From: an uncultured candidate division Zixibacteria bacterium
GTDB lineage: Bacteria; Zixibacteria; MSB-5A5; UBA10806; 4484-95
Length of the DNA: 64,000 nucleotides
NCBI GenBank assembly: GCA_963668625.2
Contig: CAXXKA010000006.1
Span: forward strand, 160,001 to 224,000
Direction: 5' to 3'
Shown here: positions 1 through 10,995 of the stretch, piece after piece
How the letters are laid out: each line of letters begins with the position of its first letter
How positions within the stretch are numbered: position 1 is the stretch's first letter
Notes under the pieces: model-generated
What the model saw: the letters and a program-made list of their open reading frames with translations, nothing else
What the model was told of the DNA's origin: nothing
Database searches by the model: none
Program-made: the position numbers and the translations under genes

Positions 1-1
1 C

Positions 2-202
2 GACAGAGCTCTTCTGACTATTATCGATTCTCACGTGACGACACTGATTACGGCGTTATTCCTGTTCATGTTCGGCACCGGCCCTATTAAGGGATTCGCG
101 GTGACACTATCGGTTGGTGTAACGCTTTCGTTGTTTACCGCGCTGTTTGTAACCAAGGTGATATTCAACATGCGCAAGAAATACAAGACATTAAGCATAT
201 AG
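2..202 (+). CDS. secD: Protein translocase subunit SecD, 3' end (partial)
   Basis: My translation from nt 2 gives [36 protein letters not shown]..., the SecD C-terminal motif; stop TAG at 200-202; directly upstream of secF. Confidence 0.9.
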   Translation, partial: DRALLTIIDSHVTTLITALFLFMFGTGPIKGFAVTLSVGVTLSLFTALFVTKVIFNMRKKYKTLSI

Positions 203-215
203 GCGGGTTGAGACT

Positions 216-1149
216 ATGTTTGAGATAGTAAAGAATACAAATATCGATTTCATCGGTATGCGGAAAATCTCGTTTGTTATTTCCGCACTTCTGCTGGCGC
301 TGGGTATATTCGCCTTCGTGATGATGAGTATGGGCAAAGCCAATATGGGTATCGATTTCGTGGGTGGCGCGATGATAATGGGCAGTTTCGAGAAACCTAT
401 CAACGCCTCCGATCTCAGAAGCACTCTGGCCGAGGAGGGTTTCGGTGACGCGGACATACAGAACGTGGCAGGAGAAGCTGTCGAGAAAAATTCGTTTATC
501 ATAAGGACAATCGGTGAATCGCACACGCTTGGTGATTCTCTTTTAACGGATGTTATCGTTGCCAGGATAGCTCAGCATTTTCCGGATAACAAATTCACGA
601 TTGACAGTATTGATGATATTGGCGGCGCCGTGGGTAAAACTCTCCAAGAAAAAGCCCGCTGGGCGGTTCTGTTTGCCCTGGCCGGAATCCTGGTTTATAT
701 CTGGGTACGTTTCGATTTCCGATTCGGTATAGCCGCGACTATAGCTACTTTTCATGATGTTATCGTGGTGTTGGGTTTGTACTACCTGACCGGCCGCGAG
801 ATATCGCTTTTATTGATTACCGCGCTTTTAACCCTGGCCGGTTACTCGCTTACCGATACGGTCGTGGTTTACGATAGGATACGTGAGAATTTGAAGCAAT
901 TCCGCAAACGCGGTAATTTCACCGATACGGTCAACGCCTCCGTAAATGAGGTTTTATCGCGTACGATTGTCACCAGTACCACGACTCTTCTGGCCGTACT
1001 GGCGCTGTTTATTTTCGGCGGCGAGGTATTACGCGATTTCTCATTAGCGCTCTTTTTAGGCGTGATCATTGGTACTTATTCGTCGGTGTTCGTTGCCAGT
1101 CCGATTATCGTGGAATGGGAAAAAACGCAGCCCGAGAAGGTTCAAGTAG
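216..1149 (+). CDS. secF: Protein translocase subunit SecF (probable extra A at 1120-1125; true end likely EWEKRSPRRFK*, TAG 1147-1149)
   Basis: GIDFVGG, HDV, GYSLTDTVVVYDRIRE and GTYSSVFVA motifs; the ORF-track tail to 1265 runs through a terminator. Confidence 0.92.
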
Positions 1150-1175
1150 AAATCTTGAATATCGTAAAATTAATG

Positions 1176-1203
1176 GCGTTCCATCTCGGAGCGCCTTTTT
1201 TTA
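1176..1203 (+). terminator. Intrinsic terminator after secF
   Basis: GGCGTTCC-atctc-GGAGCGCC followed by a T-run. Confidence 0.7.
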
Positions 1204-1280
1204 TGCGAAAAACGATTGACTATGTGACGTTTACTTATTTATTTGGGGCAACTGGATTTAGATAATTCGCAAATGGAGGA

Positions 1281-2369
1281 ATGATGAATACCTATATGAA
1301 GCTGATAATTTTATTGATGGCGTTAGTGCTGAATTTCTCACAGGCTGCGGCAAAGGAAAACGTCGCAGTTTTCGATTTTAATCCTGTTGGAGTCGATAAC
1401 CAGACAGCTCTATCATCCTCGCAGATATTCCGGGCGGAGCTTGGCGCGATTGGCAAGTATAATGTTCTGACCAAAGGCGATATCGATGAACGTCTGCAAG
1501 CTGCCAGTATATACGATTTCACGGCTAATGATATCAATAGTGCGATTAGCAAGGGCAAAATAATTGATGCCGATAAATCGGTTATCGGATCCCTGACCCG
1601 CCTGGGCAACAAGATTATTGTCGATGTCCAACTGATCAGTGTCAGTAGTGGCGAAATCGAGCTGTCGGATAGATTCTCGACTGATTCTATCGAGGACCTC
1701 GATGTTGTTCTCAGAAGGCTGGCCGGTGCGGTTTCCAGCGGTTAAAAAAGTAGAGACGGAAACGAACAAGTTCGATTTAACCGATGAGGAAACGGAAGAG
1801 ACGCGACATCGCAAATCTTTCATAACCTCGGGTGTGTCATTCGGCTTCGGCTTCCCGGTCGGAGATTCTTCCTATTCGGATGTCGACAATCTTAAGCTCC
1901 TTTCATGGAATATCCGCTATGAGGCCGGCAAATATGTCGTCGAAAATGCGCTGGGGGTAAGCTGGGGAAGCACTGATGTTACGGTTGACACCCTTAATGA
2001 TACCAAAGAGTCAAAAGGCGTGTTTTATTATTCCCTGGGATATAGGTTTGCGATATATCCTGGCCCCGCAATCCGATATAAGTCCTTATGTTGGAGCCGG
2101 TTTGGGGTTCCATTTCGTTTTCGGGGCGAAAATCGAGGATTATGATTTCCCGGTGGCCGAATCGGATCAAGCTATGGCTATGCATTTTAGCGCGGGTTTG
2201 TACGCGTTTCAGTCGTATGATTTCAGGCTGTCCGTGGGATGCTAAATATACTATAGTATTTACCGATGCTTTCTATGGATCGAAGAATAATTCGCAGCAG
2301 ATCGGAATCTCGATTGGCATTTCGAGAAAATGGAAGGACAATCAAAAGAAGATTTTCTTTGTCTATTAA
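1281..2369 (+). CDS. Exported CsgG/FlgO-like domain plus outer-membrane beta-barrel protein, split by 3 probable homopolymer frameshifts (~1742, ~2025, ~2237)
   Basis: Signal peptide, VAVFDF...IGSLTRLG..VDVQLI motif; removing one base at each run joins the four ORF pieces into alternating beta-strands (ISPYVGAGLGFHF). Confidence 0.6.
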
Positions 2370-2534
2370 TAACGGAGTATGTTGATTTTATATTGCCGGA
2401 GATGTTAATTCGATTAAATAACAGGGAGCTTAGATTTAGGACTTTCAGATTAAGTTATGGAAAGTCTTGATTTTATACTATACGTTTTATAAATTTCCCC
2501 GAAAATAATGATAAAAATAACTCAAGGAGATTTT

Positions 2535-3670
2535 ATGGATATTGGAATAGCCAAAGAGGGTGATCATCTTGAAAACAGGGTTGCGCTAACTCCCGCCGGC
2601 GCGAAAACCCTGATAAACGCCGGTCATACGGTTTATCTGGAGCAGGGCGCCGGAGAGGCATCAGGATTCCAGGATGACGATTATCTGGATGTCGGCGTAA
2701 AACTGGTTTACTCCGAGGAGGAGATATTTTTACGCTCTAAAATATTGCTAAAAGTTGCTCCCCCGACAATCGATGAATGTGAAATGATGCCGGGAAAACC
2801 AGATCGTGCTGACGGCCTTTCATCTGGCTGTGGCGCCGGAGGATAGCTTGAAGCTGCTCCTGGAAAAGAAGATCAGCTCTGTAGGTTACGAGATTATCGA
2901 GGATGATGAGGGTAACCTGCCGGTTGTCGTTCCGATGTCTGAATTAGCAGGTCAGATGACGATTCAGATCGCCAGCAACCATCTGATGAACAGCCGAGGT
3001 GGTCGAGGTATCCTTCTGGGCGGAGCCGCCGGTGTGCCGCCGGCAACGGTGATAATTCTGGGCGCGGGCACGCTTGGCATAAACGCTGCCAAGACGGCTA
3101 AAGGCATCGGCGCCAACGTAATCCTGTTCGACAGCGATATCAGCCGTCTGAGATATGCCAACGACTTGTTCAAAAAACAAATCGTTACTTATCTTCCGTT
3201 CGAGTACAACCTCGAAAAAGCTGTTCAAATCGCCGATGTTATTATCGGTGCGGTTTCCATTCACGGTGAGATGGCGCCCAAGCTTATTACCGAGAAGATG
3301 CTCAAGTCGATGAAGCCTCGGTCATTGGTAATAGATGCCGCTATCGATACCGGAGGGATGTATCGAAGCCTCACATCCTACCAACTGGACCGATCCGACC
3401 TATGTCTCGGAAAATATCATTCATTTCTGTGTACCAAATATGCCGTCCAATATTAGCCGTACGGCCACCTATGCATTATCCAACGCTATCCTGCCTTATG
3501 TTTACCGTATAGCAGAGGTCGGGCTTGATAAATCGATGCAACAGGATTACGGCCTGGCTCGTGGTGTTTATACTCATAAAGGAGAAGCATTGAGAAACGT
3601 AGTTGCCAATAGACTGGGAATTAAAGCCAGGGCTTTGAAAGATATTCTTGCTGTGGGGGGTAAGGCATGA
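2535..3670 (+). CDS. ald: Alanine dehydrogenase (2 probable frameshifts at ~2793 and ~3356)
   Basis: IGIAKE..ENRVALTP, PMSELAG, GRGILLGG, IDTGGC and CVPNMP motifs spread over three consecutive ORFs. Confidence 0.9.
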
Positions 3671-4964
3671 GGTGGATAGATCTCTATCATAGCCGTCAAA
3701 TATCCGCGGATGATGCGGTGAAATGCATAAAGTCGGGAGATAATGTTTATATACATCCCGGCTGCTGTACACCGGAATATCTCGTTGATGCTATGGTAAA
3801 ACGTAAAGACGAACTCGAGAATGTCACGGTTATGCACATCCTGACCGAAGGCAAGGCGGCTTATACTCAGCCGGGTATGGAACCTCATTTTCGTCACCGT
3901 TCGTTGTTTACCGGTAAAAAACGCCCGACAGGCGGTGAACGAAGGGCGTGCCGATCAATCGCATATGTTTTTAGGCGAGGTGGAAAAGCTCTGGACAACC
4001 GGCATCGTTGATGTTGACGTGGCGATTATCCAGGTCAGTCCGCCTGATGAACACGGTTTCTGCTCGTTCGGCGTAGGTGTCGATGTTACCATGACGGCTG
4101 CCCATAAAGCCCAAAATCGTGCTGGCCATGGTCAACCAGAAAATGCCGCGCGTTCACGGTGACTGCTTCATTCATGTTAGCAAGCTCACTCATATTGTCG
4201 AACATACTACGCCTCTTTTGGAGATGCCGCAGGGTACCCCCGATGAGGTCTCGATAAAAATCGGTAAGCTGATTGCCGATCATATCGATGATGGTTCGAC
4301 ACTTCAGATGGGGATCGGGGCTATTCCCGACGCGTTTCTATCGGAGCTCGAAGGCCGTCATGATATGGGTATTCACACCGAGATGTTTTCCGACGGTATC
4401 ATCCCGCTGGTAGAATCAGGCGTGATCAATAACTCGCAAAAGACTCTTCACCCCGGTAAGATAGTCGCGGCTTTTACCCTGGGCACCCGGCCGATATTCG
4501 ATTTCTGCGATGATAATCCGTTGTGTGAATTCCATCCCTGCTGGTACACCAACGATCCGTTTATCATAGCCCAGAACGACAAGATGGTCTCGATCAACTC
4601 GGCTTTAGGTGTCGACCTGACCGGCCAGGTATTTGCAGATTCGCTGGGATTCAATTTCTATTCGGGATTCGGCGGCCAGCTTGATTTCGTAAGGGGTGCG
4701 GCTAAATCCAAAGGCGGTATGCCTTTCATCGCTTTGCCCGCCACTGCCAAAGGCGGCAAACTCTCGAGAATCGCACCTAACTTGCCGTTGGGAACCGGCG
4801 TAACCACCACTCGTGGCGATGTCCACTGGATCGTGACCGAGTTCGGCGCGGTTGATCTTTACGGCAAAACCGTACGTGAGAGAACGAAACTACTTATCAG
4901 CATAGCGGCTCCTCAGTTCAGGGAGGAGTTGGAGAAATTCGCCAAGGAGCATAAATATATCTAG
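3667..4964 (+). CDS. Acetyl-CoA hydrolase/transferase family (4-hydroxybutyrate CoA-transferase-like; 2 probable frameshifts at ~3920 and ~4111)
   Basis: QVSPPDEHGFCSFG, LQMGIGAIP, HTEMFSDG, SGFGGQLDF and VTEFG motifs; ATGA overlap with ald. Confidence 0.88.
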
Positions 4965-5003
4965 GCGGATATGCTGAAAATGAAATCAAATGATAATCAC
5001 TTT

Positions 5004-5031
5004 GCCGGATTGTTTTCAGTCCGGCTTTTTT
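5004..5031 (+). terminator. Intrinsic terminator
   Basis: GCCGGATTG-tttt-CAGTCCGGC followed by T6. Confidence 0.75.
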
Positions 5032-5066
5032 GTTGATATTAAAAAACACCGGTTTACCCGGTATGT

Positions 5067-5116
5067 CCGTTTCACTACCTCGCAATGACATCAATGATGA
5101 CTTTTTCAACAATCCC
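5067..5116. repeat. Dispersed repeat / IS-end-like fragment (TCGCAATGAC...GACTTTTTCAACAA)
   Basis: Shares motifs with 63253-63288 and 63822-63840, and in inverted form with 59069-59084. Confidence 0.6.
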
Positions 5117-5379
5117 CGGAGTTTTGTAACCGGTACAGACGACTTAAGCCGGCAGGATAAAAGCCACCGATCCTATGGCGGTGGTAGCTTACTTATCAGA
5201 TATCGGCTGAATGACATTCTAAAAGCAGGCGGATTCGCGATTATATTTAATCTTTTTATCTGAGGTGGCGGGGATCCCTTCCAACCATTTGGCCAAATAA
5301 GGTATGTTGTCGATAACTAACATCACAATATTTTATTATAGATGTTGACTGTCGCCGTATTATCGATTATAACATCATT

Positions 5380-5586
5380 ATGAACGATGAAGAAAAATAC
5401 AAAGCTCTGGAACTCTCAGGCGCGGAGTTGGATCAGTTTCTGAAAAAACTGGTTAACAGGCTTTACGATCAAATGTGGTCGGATGTGTCAATCGGGCCGG
5501 ATGAGATTATCATTAAAGAGCGATTGGGAAAATCAATAGTCGAGGCATTGAAAGAATATGCAATCTATCGATCTGATGAGGGATAG
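5380..5586 (+). CDS. Small hypothetical protein
   Basis: 68-aa ORF after a TTGACT/TATAAC promoter-like pair; overlaps the next gene. Confidence 0.6.
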   Translation: MNDEEKYKALELSGAELDQFLKKLVNRLYDQMWSDVSIGPDEIIIKERLGKSIVEALKEYAIYRSDEG

Positions 5587-6124
5587 AGGCAGGGCCTGGA
5601 GTATTCTCTGTAAGTACACCGAATCGGAATCACTTCGCAAGCATGCCCTGTCGGTAGAGGCTGCGATGCGTTATTTTGCCGAGAAATTCGACGAGGATAT
5701 CGACTACTGGGGCGCGGTCGGTTTGCTTCATGATTTCGATTACGAACAATACCCCAAAGGTCATCCTGAAACCGGCGTGGATATCATCAAAGAAAACGGC
5801 TATGATCAGGAATTCAGCGATACCCTGTTGTCTCATGTGGATACCAGCGGCATACCTCGCGATTCGCGGATTAGGAAAACGCTGTTCGCCGTGGATGAGC
5901 TTTGCGGTTTCGTCACTGCGGTTGCGCTGGTGCGGCCCTCTAAAAAAGTCGCTGATGTCAAAGTGAAATCAGTGAAAAAGAAGATGAAAGATAAAGCTTT
6001 CGCCCGTCAGGTTTCACGCGAGGATATCAGGAAAGGCGCCGAGGAGCTTGGTTTACCGCTCGAGGAAGTCATCGAAAACGTAATTGCCGCGCTCACGGCA
6101 AAAGCCGATGAACTTGGGTTGTAG
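5558..6124 (+). CDS. HD/HDIG-domain metal-dependent hydrolase
   Basis: H...GLLHDFDYE, SH, AVDELCG, VKKKMKDKAFA motifs. Confidence 0.85.
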   Translation: MQSIDLMRDRGRAWSILCKYTESESLRKHALSVEAAMRYFAEKFDEDIDYWGAVGLLHDFDYEQYPKGHPETGVDIIKENGYDQEFSDTLLSHVDTSGIPRDSRIRKTLFAVDELCGFVTAVALVRPSKKVADVKVKSVKKKMKDKAFARQVSREDIRKGAEELGLPLEEVIENVIAALTAKADELGL

Positions 6125-6136
6125 CGTCACCATCTT

Positions 6137-6808
6137 ATGAGCAAGCAATTTAAAGCGATTCTATTCGATATGGACGGCACCCTTATCGATTCGATGGGTT
6201 ATCATGTTACCGCCTGGACTACGGCATTTCGCGAAAGCGGTTACGAAACGGATGACCTGATTTTCTTTTTGAACGAGGGAGTCCGTCACCCACTGACCGT
6301 TAAACAGCGATTAAGCGAACTCGGTATCGAAAATCCGGGCGATGAGCTTATCAAAAAAATTTACACCCGCAAACGCGAGATATTCGAAAGTATAGTACAG
6401 ATCAGGCCTATCGAGGGCGTTATGAAGTTGTTGGATAAACTTAAGGGTGTGGTAAAGCTGGGGATCGTCACAGGCGGCGTGCGTAACGTAGTTGAGCGCG
6501 TGGTGTCGGAACATTTCGAGGGTTTTTTCGATATCGTGGTAGACTACGAAAGCACCGAAAGAGGCAAGCCCGATCCCGATCCGTTTGCCTATGGCGCGAA
6601 ACTGACCGGTTATCCGAACGAGAACGTGCTGGCTGTCGAGAACGCTCCGACCGGGGTAAAATCGGCGGTTGACGCCGGCCTTACATGCTGGGCGGTTTGC
6701 AATACGCTCGATGCGAAATATCTAGCGGGAGCTCATCGCGTGTTCGATAATTTCCATCAGATACAAAAAGCTCTGTTCGAGGGTACCCTTCTGCACGCAC
6801 CTAAATAA
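6137..6808 (+). CDS. HAD-family phosphatase (beta-PGM-like)
   Basis: FDMDGTL motif I, GKPDPDP, VENAPTG. Confidence 0.88.
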   Translation: MSKQFKAILFDMDGTLIDSMGYHVTAWTTAFRESGYETDDLIFFLNEGVRHPLTVKQRLSELGIENPGDELIKKIYTRKREIFESIVQIRPIEGVMKLLDKLKGVVKLGIVTGGVRNVVERVVSEHFEGFFDIVVDYESTERGKPDPDPFAYGAKLTGYPNENVLAVENAPTGVKSAVDAGLTCWAVCNTLDAKYLAGAHRVFDNFHQIQKALFEGTLLHAPK

Positions 6809-6871
6809 ATTATTATTCCTTGACTATCCTGGTTCCTTTGAATATATAGCTCCACAAAATAGGGAGGAAAT

Positions 6872-7546
6872 ATGCCCAGAATTACGGTATTACTTGATGA
6901 TATAATAATACTTTCCGAACTCAGTGAAAGCGGCGAGCCCCGGCCCGCCAAAGCCTCGGCTATATGTGATCTGGCCGGCGCAGGCGGCGTAGCTATAGGT
7001 CTTCGCAAAGGTGAGATAACCCCCGAGCATGAGCGTATCATAAAAGGGATAAAGGGCGTGCTGGGAATCCCGTTGGCGTTGATTATTCCGGCGGATGATA
7101 AATCTATCGAGAAGACTATCGATCTCTCGCCCTCGATGGCCGTGCTGGCGGATATCGTCCCCGGTGACAGCGACTACGTGGCTCGTTTGCAAGTGGCCAA
7201 TATTATCGTGGCCATCGAGATCACGCCCGACCTCGATCAGGTTAAAGCCGCGGCCAAGATGAAAGCCGATTATATCGCTATCGATGTCAGCCAGTATTGC
7301 ACGGAAAAAAGCCTGTCGGTAAAGGTTGATCTTCTCAACACGATTGCCAAAGCGGCGGCGCTGGCTGAACGTCTTTCTATTGGTGTGCTCGTAACGGGCC
7401 CCATGACTTTAAATGATGTCTCGAAATTAGCTGAGATCGATCAGGTCGAGGATTATTTTATCGGCCACGAACTGGTAAGCAAAGCTTTACTGTTTGGGCT
7501 GGAGGAGTCGATCGCCGAGTTTAAGGATGAAATATCGAGTGTCTAG
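6872..7546 (+). CDS. PdxJ (pyridoxine 5'-phosphate synthase)-like protein with degenerate active site
   Basis: PdxJ-like layout (EPRP..A....AGAGG, PDLDQVKAA, IGHELVSKALLFGL), but the catalytic motifs are replaced. Confidence 0.7.
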   Translation: MPRITVLLDDIIILSELSESGEPRPAKASAICDLAGAGGVAIGLRKGEITPEHERIIKGIKGVLGIPLALIIPADDKSIEKTIDLSPSMAVLADIVPGDSDYVARLQVANIIVAIEITPDLDQVKAAAKMKADYIAIDVSQYCTEKSLSVKVDLLNTIAKAAALAERLSIGVLVTGPMTLNDVSKLAEIDQVEDYFIGHELVSKALLFGLEESIAEFKDEISSV

Positions 7547-7635
7547 GTAGAATATAATTATTTGTAACGCAATAGATTAACAAAATCCATACTATTTTGA
7601 AACATATAGCATCATGTATGCGTTTTTAAAATCTG

Positions 7636-9854
7636 ATGATTGGAAATGAGGTAAGAAAGATTAATTCGAGATTGATGTTCGCCTGCCTGGCGGTTTTGTT
7701 TGCCCTCCTTTACTCTGGAAATTCCGGCGCAACAACAATAAGCGGTGTCGTCATAGACTCGTTGACGAATGAGAGACTTCCCGGAGTAGTCGTAAAGCTG
7801 GTAAACTCATCGGTTGGTACCCACACCGACGCTGAGGGCCGATTCAGTTTGTTCATTGATGATACGGATGAGATCGAGGAAGGGCTGAAATTTCATCTTA
7901 TAGGTTTTCACGATAAAACAATCAGGATCGATGATTTCGAGTCGCCTGATAATCTGAAAATATACATGTCCTATTCAGCCTGGAAACTCGATCAGGTGGT
8001 TGTTACTGCGACCCGCAGAGAATATATCTTAAAAGATGTGCCGATTACGACCGAGCTTATTACCGCCGAGGAATTTAAAGAGACAGGCGCGTTAACTGTC
8101 GATGAGGCTTTAAGCTCTCATATCGGTGTTAATATCTCCGATGATCTATCCGGTAAAGGCGTTATTCTTCGCGGTATCGATCCCTCGCGCGTGCTGATCA
8201 TGATAGATGGCGACAGGGTGATCGGCCGGGTGCAGGGTTCGTTGGATATGGGACAGATATCGCTGGCTAATGTCGAGCGTATCGAGATCGTTAAAGGCAC
8301 CGGCGCAACGCTGTATGGCTCGGACGCTATCGGCGGGGTGGTAAATATTATCACCAAAAAGCCATCCGCTTTTAACTCGCTCGATCTTTACTCCAGTTAC
8401 GGAAGTTTCAATACATACGATTTTCAGGCCGGGGTTAATTCGACAGTCATAGGCAGAGGAATTAACCTTACCGCCAAGTTCATGCATACCGATGGTTTCG
8501 ACCTCGATGAGAGCACCGAGCACACCAACGGACTGGAGGATACCGACAGGTTCAACGCCAACGCAAAGATGCTGTTCAAGCCGCCGATAATCTCGATTTG
8601 GATTTTTCGCTGGGATTCATGGCTGAGGATAAAGACTGGAAGGAATCCGAGGTGGTGCAGATAGGTGTCGACCGCGATACGGTATATAACTATGATGACT
8701 CCGAGCGTAATTATCGCTACGATATAGCAGCCAAGCTGCGCTGGCAGATCGATCCGGTGGCTGATTTCACTTTCGATATTCATGGCTCGTACTACGATCA
8801 TATCTGGAAAAAATTCACGCGCTCCAATGCCTGGATAGATACCTCCGAAACCGATGATGATATCGTAGGATCGTCTTTTCAATATAACAGGATGTTCACC
8901 AACAATCACATACTCACGTTCGGCGGTGATATATTCACGCAGGGTTTGAATTCCAATCAACTGGCCTCGGGTAGCGAACGCGTGCGCAACGAGGATTTGT
9001 ACATGCAGTACGAATGGCGGCCGGTCAGTAAGCTGGTGTTTTTACCGGGCTTGCGCTGGGAACATCACGAAACCTACGGGCACTATTTCAATCCGAGTCT
9101 AAACGCCATGTGGGATGCCTGTAGATTTTTCAATCTGCGCGGCTCGATCAGCAAAGGATTCCGCGCGCCCTCGATCAAGGAACTGTATTTCGAGTTCGAT
9201 CACAGCGCCGCTGGATATATAGTGTACGGCGGCGGCGAGGAACTCGATCCGGAGACGAGTATCAATTACTCGTTAACCGCGGAGATCAACTACAGCCAAG
9301 AAGCCGTTCATCGCCTTACCTATTTCAGAAGCGATCTGAAAAATTTAATCGAGTTCACGGAGGGCGATTTCTCCGATCCTACCTACTGGCGGGGAATTTA
9401 TTACTATGGCAATATCGTGAAAGCGAAAACCGAAGGGATCGAATGGGAGACGCAGATAAAGGCACTCAATAAACTCGATCTATCTTTTTCATACACTTAT
9501 CTCAGCGCGAAAAATCTTACCGAGAAGATCGATCTGATAAACCGTCCCGACCATACGTTCAAATTCAACACCGGCTATGTGATATCACCTATTGATACCA
9601 GGCTTAGCCTGTGGGGATTCTGGCATGACAGGAAACTGTGGATATCGCAGGCGGAGACATCGGAACGCAGCAGCGATGCTTACGCGCCCTCGCGCTGGAA
9701 TCTGAATGCCGGCCTATCGCGGGAATTGTTCGATAAAATCGAGTTGTTCGTAAAGGTTAATAATATATTGGATGAGAAAAACGCGAATTTCGGTTACTGG
9801 CCCGAACGAAGTTACACTGTAAGTATTAATTATAATTTTAGTAGGAGTAATTAA
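7636..9854 (+). CDS. TonB-dependent receptor (HmuR-like) with N-terminal carboxypeptidase-regulatory-like domain; probable frameshift at ~8581
   Basis: VVVTATR TonB box, RIEIVKG..LYGSDAIGGVVNIITK plug, FRAPSIKELY, C-terminal YNF. Confidence 0.9.
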
Positions 9855-10934
9855 ATGAAGAAACTTTTAATGATAGCACCGTTTATACTGAGCGTGCTTT
9901 TTTTCGCGTGTGATGATGATAAGGGCAACCCTATTATACCGGATGATACCACCACTAGCACCTGGATTGAGGATGGTGGTTACTGGAGCAGTTTAGTTGA
10001 TGCGGAAAGTGAAACATCGTTTGTATATTTTAGTTTTGCCACGCAGGAGACCGTTGCAGTAACAGATGCTCAAGCACCAACCAGTAGTGCCTGGGATATT
10101 GCTTTTAAAAGATATCATGTGCAATTAAATGGAGGCCTTTCAGGCAATAAAGGTGTAGTCGGGGTTGATTTAGCTGTGGCAGGCTCTCCTGACTCTACGG
10201 ATTTTGCCGCCGTGGTTGATACCTCTGATATTACAATCAGTGATTGGATGGAAGACAACTACTCTTTATCTCTTGATGAATGGTACAGCTATAACCCGAT
10301 TTCGCATGCTGTGGACCCAACATATTATGTGTATCTTCTAAAAGATGCTGCCGGGAAATATGTAAAATTTCAGGTAATCGATATATTCGATGGCGGTCAA
10401 CCGCCGGATATGGGATCGGTCAAGCTTCGATATGTTTATCAGGCTGATGGACCTGATGTCTCTGGTGTTCCTGATACTTTAACACTTATTGTTGGCGTCG
10501 GTACCGGATATGTTGATTTTTCGACTGGTATGGAGGTTACGCCTGCTGATCCCGAAAATTCGACCGATTGGGATATGGCATTTACTCAATATGAAATTCA
10601 TTTAAACTCATCCTTATGGGGACGCGGTTATGCCAGTGCTTATCCGGCATATCAGGATTCCAGCTTAACCGGCGGTAATCCTACAAATTTTGATGGTATT
10701 ACTACTGCGGTTACAAACAACACCGGCTATTTTACCGATGTAATATCATCAGCTTTAACTGATTGGTGGTATCATATGTTTGATGGTACTCAATCGCGAT
10801 TGCCATCACGTGATCATGTATATCTAATTAAAGTTGATGATTCGGTTTATAAGTTAAAAATTCATAGCTATTACCATCCTGATACTGAAACTGCTGCAGC
10901 TAACATCACTTTCCACTGGGCTGAACTGGAATAA
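9855..10934 (+). CDS. HmuY-family lipoprotein with two HmuY-like repeats
   Basis: Lipobox LFFA-C; WDIAFKRY..LNGG / WDMAFTQY..LNS and YVKFQV / YKLKIHSYY repeats; abuts the TonB receptor. Confidence 0.82.
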   Translation: MKKLLMIAPFILSVLFFACDDDKGNPIIPDDTTTSTWIEDGGYWSSLVDAESETSFVYFSFATQETVAVTDAQAPTSSAWDIAFKRYHVQLNGGLSGNKGVVGVDLAVAGSPDSTDFAAVVDTSDITISDWMEDNYSLSLDEWYSYNPISHAVDPTYYVYLLKDAAGKYVKFQVIDIFDGGQPPDMGSVKLRYVYQADGPDVSGVPDTLTLIVGVGTGYVDFSTGMEVTPADPENSTDWDMAFTQYEIHLNSSLWGRGYASAYPAYQDSSLTGGNPTNFDGITTAVTNNTGYFTDVISSALTDWWYHMFDGTQSRLPSRDHVYLIKVDDSVYKLKIHSYYHPDTETAAANITFHWAELE

Positions 10935-10953
10935 GCAGCGTCATAATTACTAA

Positions 10954-10989
10954 AATTAAAAAGCCGCCCCCGTTTGGGAGCGGCTTTTT
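10954..10989. repeat. 36-bp direct repeat, copy 1 (bidirectional terminator hairpin)
   Basis: AATTAAAAAGCCGCCCCCGTTTGGGAGCGGCTTTTT, identical to 13537-13572. Confidence 0.92.
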
Positions 10990-10995
10990 TATTAT

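Noticed and set aside
4986-5004. Fur-box-like AATGATAATCA (also TGATAATCATAAT near 63323)
   Set aside because: Only half-site matches; the first lies between a stop codon and a terminator, and no convincing box was seen upstream of the TonB/HmuY genes
1120-8600. Nine frameshifts in secF, the CsgG-like gene, ald, the CoA-transferase and the TonB receptor, considered as pseudogenes or programmed frameshifts
   Set aside because: All are single-base indels in short homopolymers, cluster in the first 8.6 kb and hit conserved genes, which is typical of long-read consensus error; read mapping would settle it
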